Assembly: GCA_963797095.1 (NCBI GenBank)
Contig: CAWCNY010000005.1
Location: forward strand, 352,001-416,000
DNA length: 64,000 nucleotides
From: an uncultured Chloroflexia bacterium
GTDB lineage: Bacteria > Chloroflexota > Chloroflexia > QHBQ01 > JADMIH01
Direction: 5' to 3'
The translations under genes and the position numbers were made by a program. The notes beneath the pieces were generated by a model, which saw only the letters and a program-made list of their open reading frames with translations, did no database searches and was not told the origin of the DNA. This document shows positions 47,350 through 57,530 of the stretch, one piece after another (the first letter of the stretch is position 1; every line of letters begins with the position of its first letter).

Positions 47350-49506
47350 TTGGCCAATGATGACAAGGGGCAGGCTAAGCGGCCTGTCGAAATCGATGAT
47401 TTGTACCTCATCCGGTTGGTGGGAGACCCCCAGGTGTCGCCCGACGGGCAGACCGTGGCCTATGTGCAAACTCGTATGCGCAGGAAGAAGAACGACTACG
47501 GGGCCAATATCTGGCTAGCGCCCGCAAATGGCAGGGGAGAGCCGCGAAAGTTCACCAACAGCCCCAGGCGGGATATGTTCCCGCGATGGTCATATAGCGG
47601 CAAGGAGATAGGGTTCCTATCAACTCGGTCGGGCAAGCCGCAGGTGTGGGTTATACCCGTGGCAGGCGGAGAGGCCCGGCAGGTGACGTTCGCCGGGCGC
47701 GGGGTGGGCCAGTTCGCGTGGTCACCTGATGGGAAGTGGATCGCTTTCGTGACCAAGGTGGACGGCGATAATGATAAGAAATGGGCCGAACTGGACAAGG
47801 AGGAAGGCAAGAAAGAGGAGGCGGGCGACAGCGAGAACGTCCAGCCCGGACAGGCAGGGTCGGGCGAGGGAGCAGGCCCCCGGTTGCGTGCAGGTGAATG
47901 GGATGAAGACCAGGAGGACGAGAAGGACACTGAAGATAAAGGCGATCATGCGTATGTGATCACTCGAGTGCACATCAAAGGAGAGGGGCAGGGCCTCCTG
48001 TTGCGCCGCCAGCATTTGTTCATCGTGCCGTCTGGGGGCGGTAAAGCCCGGCAGTTGACCGAGGGCGATTGGGATGTGCAGTCGATCAGGTGGTCGCCCG
48101 GTGGGAAGCAGCTTGCTTACCTGGCGAACCGTGAACGGGACGCTGAGCTAAACAATATCGCGGATATTTGGGTTATGGATATCGACGGCGATGGCAACAA
48201 GGGAGAGGAAAGCCGCATCACTAAACACGACGGCGCGATCGGGGTTATGGACTGGCTGCCATCGGGCAACGGGTTCGCGGTGTATGCGCATAGCAGGTTG
48301 AAAGAAGGGGCACTGGGCACCAACCTTCAGGTATGGACCATCGGGCTGGACGGTGGGATCACGAAGTTGGCAGAGGGACTAGATCGCACCGTAGGCTCCT
48401 GGGTCAACTCAGACTTGTGGGCCGGGAACGGCGAACCGCGCCCGCGCTTCAGCTCCGACGGTGAGACGATCTACTTCACAGTGACCGACCACGGTAGCTC
48501 TCACATCTACTCGGTACCCGTGAAAGGCGGTGAACCCAGGCTTGTAGTTGGCGGGAAGCGCGAGATTTTGACGTTCGATGTGGCAAGCGAGGGCCTCACG
48601 TTCAGCGCGGCGCAATCGGGGCACCCGGTTGATATTTATTACGCACCTTTTGGCGGTGGAGCAGAGAAGCAAATCACCGACGTAAACCGGGATGTGCTGT
48701 CGTCGGTAGATATTCGGTCGGGGCAGGAGTTCTACCTTGACAGGGGTAACGGAGTGCAGGTGCAGGGATGGTTGCTGACGCCACCGGGCTTCGACCCGTC
48801 GAAGAAGTACCCGCTGGTCTTGCAGATACATGGCGGGCCGCACGTATCATACGGAGAGGCTTACCTGCACGAGTTCCAGATGCTGGCGGCGCGGGGATAT
48901 GTCGTGCTCTATACGAACCCCAGGGGCAGCCAGGGATACGGGCAGGAGTTCTCGGACGCGATCTTGAACGATTGGGGTGGCGTAGATTACGACGACCTGA
49001 TGGCCTGTGTGGATTGGGCCATCCAGCAGGGATATGTGGACGAGAACAGGATGGCGGTGGCCGGTGGGTCGTACGGCGGGTATATGACGGCCTGGGTGAT
49101 CGGCCATACCAATAGGTTCAAGGTAGCGATGGCCTCGCGAGCTTGCGTGAACCTGTACAGTGCCTGGGGGTCGGGCGACTATACCTGGGCGCTCTGGGAC
49201 TGGGAGTTCGAAGGAAGTCCACGCGAGAGAACGGGCCTGTATCTTGAGAGGTCACCTATCACTTATGCGGAACAAATGCAGACGCCTCTACTGCTGACGC
49301 ACGCAGAGGACGATTACCGGGTTGATATCGAGCAGTCTGCTGAGTTGTATATGGCCTTGCGAACGAGAGGCAAGACAGTAAAGATGGTGCGATTCCCTTC
49401 GGGCGGACACGACGTGTCGCGCTCAGGTAAGCCCACTCTCCGGATGGAGCGCATGGAGTATATCGCCGATTGGATCGACCAGTATATAGGCGAGCAGAAG
49501 GGTTGA
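47350..49506 (+). CDS. S9 family peptidase (acylaminoacyl/dipeptidyl peptidase) with a PD40 propeller
   Basis: SPDG repeats; IHGGPH, NPRGSQGYG, GGSYGG, EDDYRV, GGHD. Confidence 0.93.
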   Translation: MANDDKGQAKRPVEIDDLYLIRLVGDPQVSPDGQTVAYVQTRMRRKKNDYGANIWLAPANGRGEPRKFTNSPRRDMFPRWSYSGKEIGFLSTRSGKPQVWVIPVAGGEARQVTFAGRGVGQFAWSPDGKWIAFVTKVDGDNDKKWAELDKEEGKKEEAGDSENVQPGQAGSGEGAGPRLRAGEWDEDQEDEKDTEDKGDHAYVITRVHIKGEGQGLLLRRQHLFIVPSGGGKARQLTEGDWDVQSIRWSPGGKQLAYLANRERDAELNNIADIWVMDIDGDGNKGEESRITKHDGAIGVMDWLPSGNGFAVYAHSRLKEGALGTNLQVWTIGLDGGITKLAEGLDRTVGSWVNSDLWAGNGEPRPRFSSDGETIYFTVTDHGSSHIYSVPVKGGEPRLVVGGKREILTFDVASEGLTFSAAQSGHPVDIYYAPFGGGAEKQITDVNRDVLSSVDIRSGQEFYLDRGNGVQVQGWLLTPPGFDPSKKYPLVLQIHGGPHVSYGEAYLHEFQMLAARGYVVLYTNPRGSQGYGQEFSDAILNDWGGVDYDDLMACVDWAIQQGYVDENRMAVAGGSYGGYMTAWVIGHTNRFKVAMASRACVNLYSAWGSGDYTWALWDWEFEGSPRERTGLYLERSPITYAEQMQTPLLLTHAEDDYRVDIEQSAELYMALRTRGKTVKMVRFPSGGHDVSRSGKPTLRMERMEYIADWIDQYIGEQKG

Positions 49507-49587
49507 ACCAGGGCTATCCCCGTTGAACCGCAAAGCATACAAATGGACTACACACTTCTCCTTTGTTCTTGGGACGAGAAAAAACCC

Positions 49588-49674
49588 GTAGGGGCACCCA
49601 TTGTAGGCAATGTTGTCACATGAACCCACAAACGTGGCACAAGTGCGGACACTGCTAACGGGTGCCCTGGTGGG
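49588..49674. repeat. REP-like palindrome containing one MITE-like end; partial copy of 60111-60388
   Basis: GTAGGGGCACCC...GGCAATGTTGTCACATGAACCCAC...TGCTAACGGGTGCCCTG aligns without gaps to the reverse complement of about 60307-60388. Confidence 0.75.
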
Positions 49675-49688
49675 ACTCCTCGATCTCG

Positions 49689-51857
49689 TTAGTTGACCTG
49701 GATTGTCAGACCGTAGGTGGCAACAGATGTGCCGCCCGTGGGGTCGGGCCAGGTGACAGTTACCTGCATGGCGTACTTGCCTTGAAGTGAGTGTTGGGGG
49801 AGCGCTAGAGCGGAGGGTGTGCCGGGAAGGTCGCCTGTGGAGAAGGTTGGCTGCCCCTCCGGGGTGAAGTTGAGCGTTGTGCCGGGTAGAACGGGCTGGC
49901 GCTCAGGATAGGGATAGAGTTGGGCTGAGAAAGAGAGCGGGGTCGGGCCGAAGTCTGGGTCGGGACCAAGCCGGCCTCTGAGCATGATCGTTTCGCCTGG
50001 TGATACTCCAATGGGATAAGAGGGCAACGGCACCCCTGGGCCGTCGGCGCACGCTTTCAGCCAGCATGAGGAACCTGCGAAAGCAAGTTGCTCGCCGCTT
50101 TGCGATGTTATGTAAAGTTGCGGTGCTGATGATGTGCTTACACTTTGGAAAGGCAGGGCCACTTGCACCGGCCCGCCGCTCTTGCCTGTCGAGATAGCAT
50201 AGAGCCATGAAGAGGCATCGAACGCGGGAGAGTCGACGGAGCCGGACAGGTTGCCTCTGCTGTCGGGGGTAAGCGAAGCGAAAGGCTGAGCAATTAGCTG
50301 AGCCGTGCCTGTGATAGCCTGCGAGACAGCCAGGGAGATAGATTGAGAGGTGGGCCAGCCTGAGCCGCTCGCCATGAGACGCTGGCCGTCCGCGCTCCAT
50401 TGGTAGCCTATGTGCGCACCCGAAGACGATGCCGAGAGTATTCGGAAGCTATACGGATTCGATATATACCTGCCTCTGGCGAAGCCATCAACGGACACGA
50501 ACTCCCCGGCCTCAAGCTGGGACATGGGGGCCTCGGTGCCTTCGCTGTAGCGAACAAGGTCGGCATCGGATAGGTGCAGACTCCATTGAGCGCCATCGAG
50601 AGTCTGAAGGATCGCCTCGGAAGAGAATGGGCGAGCGTGCTCTATGCTCACAACGGTGCCTGATATTTGAGTGCGGCCTGAGGGCAGCCCGTATGCCAGT
50701 GGAAGGGAAACTGAATAGTCACCGCTCTGGGCGATTGTGATAGCAACCTTCTGGTTCAGAGAGAGGCGGGTGTCATTTGTGAGGGGCCAGGGAGCGAAAA
50801 ACCTGCCAGCGGAATCCGCTGAAATGGTCGCGGGGCCGACAAGCGGCCCAAGTCCATGAGGGATGGTAAACCCGATTTGCATGGTCACAGATGAATTGGG
50901 AGGCCAGTTGTAACCGCTGATCTCGACTTTATCTGCTCTGATCTCTGTGGCGATGGCCGGAGGTGGGGGCGCTGATGCATAACGCCAATCGTAGTAAGCG
51001 CGACCCACGTTTGCCATTTCAACGCGCCATTCAGGCGGGTTGGCAGGGTTATAGGTGAGGGCTCGACGCTCATAGAGCTGGATCAGGACGGTGGCGGGGT
51101 TGTTGTCAATGAGAACATCGGCCCAATAAGGTTCCGTGATTGGCCTGCCGAGGAGGTATAGGGGATCGAATAGCTGGCCCTGAGTGAGGTGGCCTTGTTG
51201 GAGGATGGGACCGGGTTGGGACATCCAATCGGAGAAGACTGCGGGGATATTGTGCCCGGATACGGGATCGTAGGAGGCGGACAGGTATGAACTGGTATCG
51301 CCTGTGGGAGTGTAAGGGGAGATTGTGCCGTCCCGCGCGATGCGACCGGATAAGGGTTGGCCTGTGAGGTCGTGGGATGGGGCGGTGTGGGATGCAAAAG
51401 ACGCATAGGTAGGAGCCTCAGGGCTGCCGGGGTCGCCCGCCACGAGAACGGTCGCCGGGGAACGGGCCTCGAAGGTGGAATCGCCCTTCTGCACCTGACC
51501 TGTGACCATTTCGGTGACAAGGAGGCCACTTGACACGAACCAGGGAGAGGCGCGGTCGGCGGAAGGATCGTTGATCTCCATGCGACCCTTATCGAAGTAT
51601 TCGACCAGGCGGAGGGCGGTGGCAAACTCGGCGTAGGGTTCGTCAACAACCGCAAAGGGGGTTGGCCCCCAGAGCCAGGAGCGTGGGGCGGCTTGCATGG
51701 CAACAGGCGCATCGGGCACGGCCCATGTATTGAAGAAAGCCGAGTGGGCCATCCACTCGTCGGGCCATACCCAGGACGCGGGCTGGGCATGCGCATGTAG
51801 AGCGTAGGGGATGGACACGCATAGAAGCAGGAGGGTGGCGGAGAAGCGGAGGAGCAT
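49689..51857 (-). CDS. Secreted protein with an N-terminal RSWxWGP/GxPITEPYW domain and C-terminal beta-domains
   Basis: Signal peptide; N-terminal domain of about 280 aa is paralogous to 60674-62230. Confidence 0.78.
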   Translation of the reverse strand: MLLRFSATLLLLCVSIPYALHAHAQPASWVWPDEWMAHSAFFNTWAVPDAPVAMQAAPRSWLWGPTPFAVVDEPYAEFATALRLVEYFDKGRMEINDPSADRASPWFVSSGLLVTEMVTGQVQKGDSTFEARSPATVLVAGDPGSPEAPTYASFASHTAPSHDLTGQPLSGRIARDGTISPYTPTGDTSSYLSASYDPVSGHNIPAVFSDWMSQPGPILQQGHLTQGQLFDPLYLLGRPITEPYWADVLIDNNPATVLIQLYERRALTYNPANPPEWRVEMANVGRAYYDWRYASAPPPPAIATEIRADKVEISGYNWPPNSSVTMQIGFTIPHGLGPLVGPATISADSAGRFFAPWPLTNDTRLSLNQKVAITIAQSGDYSVSLPLAYGLPSGRTQISGTVVSIEHARPFSSEAILQTLDGAQWSLHLSDADLVRYSEGTEAPMSQLEAGEFVSVDGFARGRYISNPYSFRILSASSSGAHIGYQWSADGQRLMASGSGWPTSQSISLAVSQAITGTAQLIAQPFASLTPDSRGNLSGSVDSPAFDASSWLYAISTGKSGGPVQVALPFQSVSTSSAPQLYITSQSGEQLAFAGSSCWLKACADGPGVPLPSYPIGVSPGETIMLRGRLGPDPDFGPTPLSFSAQLYPYPERQPVLPGTTLNFTPEGQPTFSTGDLPGTPSALALPQHSLQGKYAMQVTVTWPDPTGGTSVATYGLTIQVN

Positions 51858-52187
51858 AGTTACGAATATGATATAAGACCGCCTGTCAGATATGGGCGGT
51901 AGTCCATATTGCGAATTACTGGTGCCGGTCGGCTAAATATAGCACATTTTTGCACCTGCGCGTTGGGCTGTGCTATAATTCGAGCATCAAGAGCCTGAGA
52001 TAACTGACTTGCGGCAATTAGACTCTGTTGTGCCAACATATGTACCGATATCCCGGCACGAGCACAAACCGAGGCCAGTGAGAACTCCTGATGGGAGAGT
52101 GTAATTGAACATAGGTTGAGTTTGGAACTCAACCTAGCCCTTAGCCGGGAAATATCAGGGGTCTGGGTCTGTGTGGGAGTAGTTAAG

Positions 52188-52475
52188 ATGCTAGACAGTA
52201 CGGGCACGGGGCGAATCGAATACGAGGATGTATTGCGCGCCCTCGGTTATTTCATAGATCAGAATAACCTCAGCGAGATCTGCATGGTTGAACTGCGCGA
52301 AGGGATACTCATTAGAGGGATCTCGAAGGTAGCCAATCGCAGCGGCTACCAGGCGATTTCGGAGTCGTTCCTGTTTACGAACGAAGACCTGGAGCGAATC
52401 GTCAATGAGGCATATGCCCGGCGAAAGCCACCCGAGCAGTCCGAGCAGCAACACAAAGGACTGTTCGGGAGGTAA
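52188..52475 (+). CDS. Small hypothetical protein (YEDVLRALGYFID)
   Basis: GGGAG SD before ATG 52188; 15 nt upstream of the GT2 gene. Confidence 0.65.
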   Translation: MLDSTGTGRIEYEDVLRALGYFIDQNNLSEICMVELREGILIRGISKVANRSGYQAISESFLFTNEDLERIVNEAYARRKPPEQSEQQHKGLFGR

Positions 52476-52490
52476 GCGGACAAGGAGCGA

Positions 52491-53195
52491 ATGTACAAGG
52501 GTCTGAAAGTATCCGTGGTGATCCCATGCTTTAATGAGGAACACGGGATAGCGGCGGTCCTCAAGGGGATGCCCAATTATGTTGATCAAGTAGTGGTAAT
52601 AGACAACAATTCGACCGATGAAACGGGTCGGATCGCCCTGGAGTTGGGGGCGGAGGTTGTCTTTGAGACGAAGAAGGGCTACGGAAACGCTTACCGGGCC
52701 GGGCTGCCACGGGCCACGGGCGACATTGTAGCCACAGCGGACGGGGACGGTACCTACCCCACGCATTCTATTGGCCCGATTATCGATTTCCTGCTTGAAG
52801 GTGGCTATGATTTTGTGTCAGCGAGCAGGTTCCCCCTGCGGAACCCGGACGCCATGCGCTTCCGCAACGTGCTCGGCAATATGATCTTGACCTGGACGGC
52901 GCGCCTGCTGTGGCTGCGCTGGTTTGCAGACTCGCAGTCGGGGATGTGGGTGTTCAAGCGGGATGTGTTGAAGAAGATCAGGCCGGTGAGCGCGGGGATG
53001 CCGTTTTCAGAGGAGATCAAGCTGCTGGTGGTAGATAACTCCAGGCTGAGGTTAGCTGAGTACCACATTGACTACCACGAGCGAATAGGCGAAACCAAGC
53101 TGTTCGCCTGGAAAGACGGCTTTGAGAACCTGCTCTTCCTGTTCAAGCTAAGACTTCGGCGGACGCTGTTAGGGAAGATCCTGGGAGTACGGTAG
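52491..53195 (+). CDS. Glycosyltransferase family 2 (polyprenol-phosphate sugar synthase-like)
   Basis: VVIPCFNEE, IDNNSTD, GYGNA, DGDGTYP, DSQSG, YHERIGETKL. Confidence 0.92.
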   Translation: MYKGLKVSVVIPCFNEEHGIAAVLKGMPNYVDQVVVIDNNSTDETGRIALELGAEVVFETKKGYGNAYRAGLPRATGDIVATADGDGTYPTHSIGPIIDFLLEGGYDFVSASRFPLRNPDAMRFRNVLGNMILTWTARLLWLRWFADSQSGMWVFKRDVLKKIRPVSAGMPFSEEIKLLVVDNSRLRLAEYHIDYHERIGETKLFAWKDGFENLLFLFKLRLRRTLLGKILGVR

Positions 53196-53274
53196 TCGGT
53201 AGCCAGTAGTCGGAATCAGGAACTTGGAACCAGGAACTCTCGTCCTCCGGCTACCAATAGAAACGGCGGCATTC

Positions 53275-54498
53275 GTGAACATACTTTCCATCGGGCAGCT
53301 TGCGACCTATTTGCGGGAGTTGCTGGATAGCAACGATGCGCTTTACGACTGCTGGGTTGCGGGCGAGGTATCTAATCTTTCGCAGTCGGGGTCGGGCCAC
53401 TACTATTTCACTTTGAAGGACCGCGATGCCCAGATGAAGTGTGTGCTGTTCAGGCAGCAAGCCATCTGGCAGACGGTGCTGCCGGTAAACGGCGCGGCGG
53501 TGGTCGCCCATGGGCGCGTATCGCTGTATGAGGCGACGGGAAATCTCCAATTCTACGTCGATATGCTCCAGGAGGAGGGGCAGGGCGCACTGTACCTGGC
53601 GTTCGAGCAGTTGAAAGCAGCGCTGGACGCGCAGGGTCTGTTCGCCGAGGAGCGGAAGCGGAAGATACCGGCGATGCCGAAGCGTATCGGGCTGGTGACC
53701 TCGCCCCAGGCTGCCGCCTTGCAGGACATCCTGAATGTGCTGGGCAGGAGGTACCCACTGGCGGAGGTCTTGCTCGCCCCAACGCAGGTGCAGGGTGATG
53801 GAGCGGCCCGGCAGATCGCATCCGCTATTGCTGCGCTAAATGCGCTGGACGAGGATGAGGCCGTGGATGTGGTGATAGTAGCCCGTGGTGGTGGGTCAAT
53901 CGAGGAGTTGTGGGCTTTCAACGAGGAGATCGTGGCGCGAGCCGTGTTCGCATCGAAGGTGCCTGTCGTGACAGGAGTCGGGCACGAAACCGATTCTACT
54001 ATAGTAGATTACGTGGCCGATTTGAGGGCACCCACACCTTCGGCGGCTGCGGAATTGGTATCGCCTGATATCGACGATTTGCGGGAAACTGTCGAGCAAT
54101 GGCGCGAAATGATGCTAGCCGATATGAGAGGCAGGCTGGCTATCGCCTGGGACGAGCTAGAATCGGAGAGAGGGAGGCTTGAGAGACTGTCACCCATGTG
54201 GCAGGTAGAGAGCGATCGGACCAGGCTGGCGGGATTGGTAAGCACAATGAACATGAACATACGCCACATGCTGAGCCTCCACAAGGAGAGAGTAAAGAGC
54301 GCCGAGGGGAGGCTGGAGGCGCTGTCGCCGTTGCAGATTTTGAAGCGCGGCTATGCGATTGTGCGGGATTTGCAAACGGGGGATGTAGTAAGCAGTATCG
54401 CGGAAACCGAGGGTGGACATCTATTGGAGATCAGGGTGGCAGATGGGGCGTTCGGGGCGAGGGTGGAGGAAGGACGACGAGTGACGAGTGACGAGTGA
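53275..54498 (+). CDS. xseA: Exodeoxyribonuclease VII large subunit
   Basis: GEVSN...SGHYYFTLKD, ARGGGSIEELWAFNEE, GVGHETD, RAPTPSAAAE, LKRGYA. Confidence 0.95.
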   Translation: MNILSIGQLATYLRELLDSNDALYDCWVAGEVSNLSQSGSGHYYFTLKDRDAQMKCVLFRQQAIWQTVLPVNGAAVVAHGRVSLYEATGNLQFYVDMLQEEGQGALYLAFEQLKAALDAQGLFAEERKRKIPAMPKRIGLVTSPQAAALQDILNVLGRRYPLAEVLLAPTQVQGDGAARQIASAIAALNALDEDEAVDVVIVARGGGSIEELWAFNEEIVARAVFASKVPVVTGVGHETDSTIVDYVADLRAPTPSAAAELVSPDIDDLRETVEQWREMMLADMRGRLAIAWDELESERGRLERLSPMWQVESDRTRLAGLVSTMNMNIRHMLSLHKERVKSAEGRLEALSPLQILKRGYAIVRDLQTGDVVSSIAETEGGHLLEIRVADGAFGARVEEGRRVTSDE

Positions 54499-54537
54499 CG
54501 AGTGACGAGTGACGAGTGACGAGTGACGAGTGACGAG
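54476..54537. repeat. Heptamer array (GACGAGT) x8 overlapping the xseA stop
   Basis: Counted directly; the xseA TGA at 54496-54498 lies inside the array. Confidence 0.95.
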
Positions 54538-54609
54538 AGTTTATTGCGTATTGCATATCGATTAGCGTTTATCGTCTGGGGTCCATCAGCCAACTAGGAG
54601 GCAGGAGAG

Positions 54610-55086
54610 ATGGCAGCAAACAGCAACAAAGTAGGGGCACATGGAGAAAAGGGCACTTCCTTTGAGGAGAGCTTCGTGCGACTTCAAGGGGTGGTAGGGC
54701 GATTGAGCGCCGGGAGCCTCAGCTTGCAGGAGGCGCTGGCGGCGTTCGAGGAGGGCATGGCCCTGGCCGATAGCTGCTCGCAGATGCTGGACGAGGCGGA
54801 ATTGCGGGTCAAGCAGGTCAGTGATAGGGCGATGAAGGCTGGCTCGGCTTCCCTGGTGGAGTTGGACGAGGGGATGCGGGGCGCTGGCGGCTCACTTAAG
54901 GGAGAGCCATTCCTGGTGGAGATCGAGACGTACGAGAGCACGACCATCCAGAGATCCTCTCCAGAGGAGCATGAGAATGCCCAATCAAAGAGTGAGCAGG
55001 CCCCCAAAGGCAAAGCCCCAAATGCGCGACCCTATTTGCAGCCGGTCATGGACGACCTTGATCCCTTATTTGACGACGAAGACTGA
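54610..55086 (+). CDS. xseB: Exodeoxyribonuclease VII small subunit with a C-terminal extension
   Basis: SFEESFVRL...LSLQEALAAFEEGMAL...LDEAELRV; follows xseA. Confidence 0.88.
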   Translation: MAANSNKVGAHGEKGTSFEESFVRLQGVVGRLSAGSLSLQEALAAFEEGMALADSCSQMLDEAELRVKQVSDRAMKAGSASLVELDEGMRGAGGSLKGEPFLVEIETYESTTIQRSSPEEHENAQSKSEQAPKGKAPNARPYLQPVMDDLDPLFDDED

Positions 55087-55116
55087 CCGGACGCCCCTAT
55101 CCGGACGCGTGATGTA

Positions 55117-55921
55117 ATGCTGTTCGACATCCTGAGCCTATTCCCCGAGATGTTTCCCGGAGTGCTTGGAACGAGCATATTCAAGCGGGCAGCCGAGGCC
55201 GGGCTGGTGTCGGTGCGGTTGCACCAGATACGCGATTACGCCGGGGGCAAGCACAAAGTCACAGACGATTACCCCTACGGCGGCGGCATGGGGATGGTTA
55301 TGAAGCCGGAGCCTGTGTTCCGGGCCGTGGAATGGATCTACAGGCTGGAGGACCCACCACCAGGCATCAGCATCTATACCCCACCTGATGAAGTGCATGA
55401 GATGGAGTTGGAGCCTGTGCCACATCCATCCACGATACCGATCATCCTTATGAGTTCCTCAAGGGCGATTGTTCAAGCATTCCGTAGCCGAGGAGTTAGC
55501 CCAACACCCCCGTCTGATCATAATCTGCGGGCATTACGAGGGGTTTGACGAACGGATACGCGAGCACCTTGCGACAGACGAGATCAGCATCGGCGACTAC
55601 GTGCTGACGGGCGGGGAGATCGCGGCGATGGTGGTCACTGACGCCGTGGCGCGGTTGCAGCCGGGGGTGCTGGCGGAGGGGTCGGCCCACGACGAGTCGC
55701 ACGCGAGGGGGTTGCTTGAATACCCGCAGTACACACGCCCACCCGATTTCAGGGGGTGGGAGGTGCCTCCGGTACTGGTGAGCGGCCACCACGCCAAAGT
55801 GGAGGAGTGGCGGCGGAAGGAGTCGCTACAGAGGACGCTCGAACAGAGGCCCGATCTGCTGGAGAGAGCCGAGTTGAGCGCGAAAGAGCGGAAATGGCTG
55901 GAGGAGTTGCGTGGCGAGTGA
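55117..55921 (+). pseudogene. trmD: tRNA (guanine37-N1)-methyltransferase with an apparent one-base frameshift (possibly a sequence error)
   Basis: 5' frame [10 protein letters not shown]...[17 protein letters not shown]; 3' frame (S)PQG...[11 protein letters not shown]...[11 protein letters not shown]...LEYPQYTRP. One extra T at 55455/55456. Confidence 0.85.
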
Positions 55922-55964
55922 GAAAATTTGCTACAAAGCTCGCAAATGCTCTAGGTCAGAGCCA

Positions 55965-56681
55965 TCAGGTAATGCTGAAGTCCGCACCGTAAGATACCGC
56001 CCCCAGTTTCGAGGCCACCGCCTGCGACGATCTGTTCTCCCACGATGTGCTGTATAGAGGCAACCGGCCTGTGGTGCGTAAAGCCTCTGCCCACGCTCCT
56101 ACTATATCCACCGCATAGCCGCGTCCCCTGAAAGCTTCGACGGTATGGACGCCTGCTTCGGCAACATGAGGCGTGAGACGCACAGAGCAGCAGACGGCCA
56201 CCGCCACGCTATCTACAACACGCGCAGCAACAGGAGCAAGCTCGGCGAACTTGCTCTGCGTGTAGGGATAATGCTTTTCCAGCGAGGGCGCGTTTGAGGA
56301 TGTGATCATCACTGCTTCGGTGTTCGCAGTCCGAGGGAGTTCAGGCAGATAGTAAGCAGGGCCTGCATACGTGCTGCTGATCGGCGCGTGCTGTGCGAGC
56401 AGGTCGGTGTATTGGGCAAGGTAGCTGGGTGGATCTCGCAGTTCCATGCGATCGGTGACGACGGGCTCGAGGGCGGCAAGCCTCTCAAGTTCGGACGATA
56501 GGTCCGGAGGCAGGTCGTAGCGAACGCGCCAGATGTTCGCCGACGTGGTCCGGAACAAGAAGAAGCGAGGGGTGGGGTCGCTGGGGTCAGGCTCGTTGAC
56601 ATGCAGCAACCGGTTATTCGTGTCGTGCACGTAAAGAGCCTCGGTGTGCAGGCGGGCAAGTTCAAGATGGGTATAGCTCAT
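55965..56681 (-). CDS. GNAT family acetyltransferase
   Basis: AEAGVHTVEAFRGRGYA, PLYSTSWENRSSQAVASKLG. Start placed at MSYTHLEL. Confidence 0.82.
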   Translation of the reverse strand: MSYTHLELARLHTEALYVHDTNNRLLHVNEPDPSDPTPRFFLFRTTSANIWRVRYDLPPDLSSELERLAALEPVVTDRMELRDPPSYLAQYTDLLAQHAPISSTYAGPAYYLPELPRTANTEAVMITSSNAPSLEKHYPYTQSKFAELAPVAARVVDSVAVAVCCSVRLTPHVAEAGVHTVEAFRGRGYAVDIVGAWAEALRTTGRLPLYSTSWENRSSQAVASKLGAVSYGADFSIT

Positions 56682-56700
56682 GATGCAAAGATCAGTTTGG

Positions 56701-57519
56701 CTATTTTTCCAGGCCGAACTCTTCCTGTGGGAAATCGTCCGATTTGTGGGCTCCAGGGGGATAGAGGAGCAGTATGTAGCCACCACACGAAGCAATTGCC
56801 TTGTCGGAAGGGGCTTCGATGGATTGGCTTTCGAAGACGACGCTTGCCGAGCGCCCGCCTGGGAGCCTGGTGGGAACCCTGAAACCGCCCAGGAACCGAC
56901 CCATATCATCAACCAGGTCGATGGAAGGCTTTTCGGTGCTGTGCCACAACTCCTTGTACTCGCCGGAGGAGAGGGCGGTTACAGTGAATGAGTCGTGCCT
57001 GAAGAGAACGGAGACGGGTTTCTTGCCGGGGTTGGAGAAGGTGAATCTAAATGCGCCGTTTGACATACCCGCCGCGCCGGGTGGGCGGAGATCCCAGGCC
57101 AGAGAGATCACGGACAGGGGGGCGGCTGCCGCGCTGCGCAGTAGATCGTCGTAGGCTGCTCTGGCCTGGGCCAATGGGGCCGGAAGTTCGTGAAGGTCTT
57201 GCACAGACAGGAGTAAGCCTCTATCGTCTGGGGCATCTCCCACCATGAGGGTGAGCCGGGGAGAGTTGCGAGCCTGGGTGCCTTCCGTAGGGCGCAGGTC
57301 CGTAAGTTCAGCCGCAAGCCCTTCGAGTGGGGCAAGATCGCCAGCGTCCAGCTTGAACGAGTAGGTGCCCGCCTGGTCGCGCCGATCTGAGGATGAGGAG
57401 AAGAGGGTCCAGAGCCACACCGTCCCGTCATTATAGACAGCAAGCCGCTCGTCCACCTTGCGGGGGCGGTCGGCGAGCATGGAATATTGGAGTAAGGGAC
57501 TAGGGCGGCTGCGGGGCAT
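56701..57519 (-). CDS. Hypothetical protein, candidate partner or immunity protein of the upstream toxin-like gene
   Basis: 272-aa ORF starting 11 nt after the upstream stop, with an AGGA SD; no family recognised. Confidence 0.6.
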   Translation of the reverse strand: MPRSRPSPLLQYSMLADRPRKVDERLAVYNDGTVWLWTLFSSSSDRRDQAGTYSFKLDAGDLAPLEGLAAELTDLRPTEGTQARNSPRLTLMVGDAPDDRGLLLSVQDLHELPAPLAQARAAYDDLLRSAAAAPLSVISLAWDLRPPGAAGMSNGAFRFTFSNPGKKPVSVLFRHDSFTVTALSSGEYKELWHSTEKPSIDLVDDMGRFLGGFRVPTRLPGGRSASVVFESQSIEAPSDKAIASCGGYILLLYPPGAHKSDDFPQEEFGLEK

Positions 57520-57530
57520 GGCGGTTCCTG

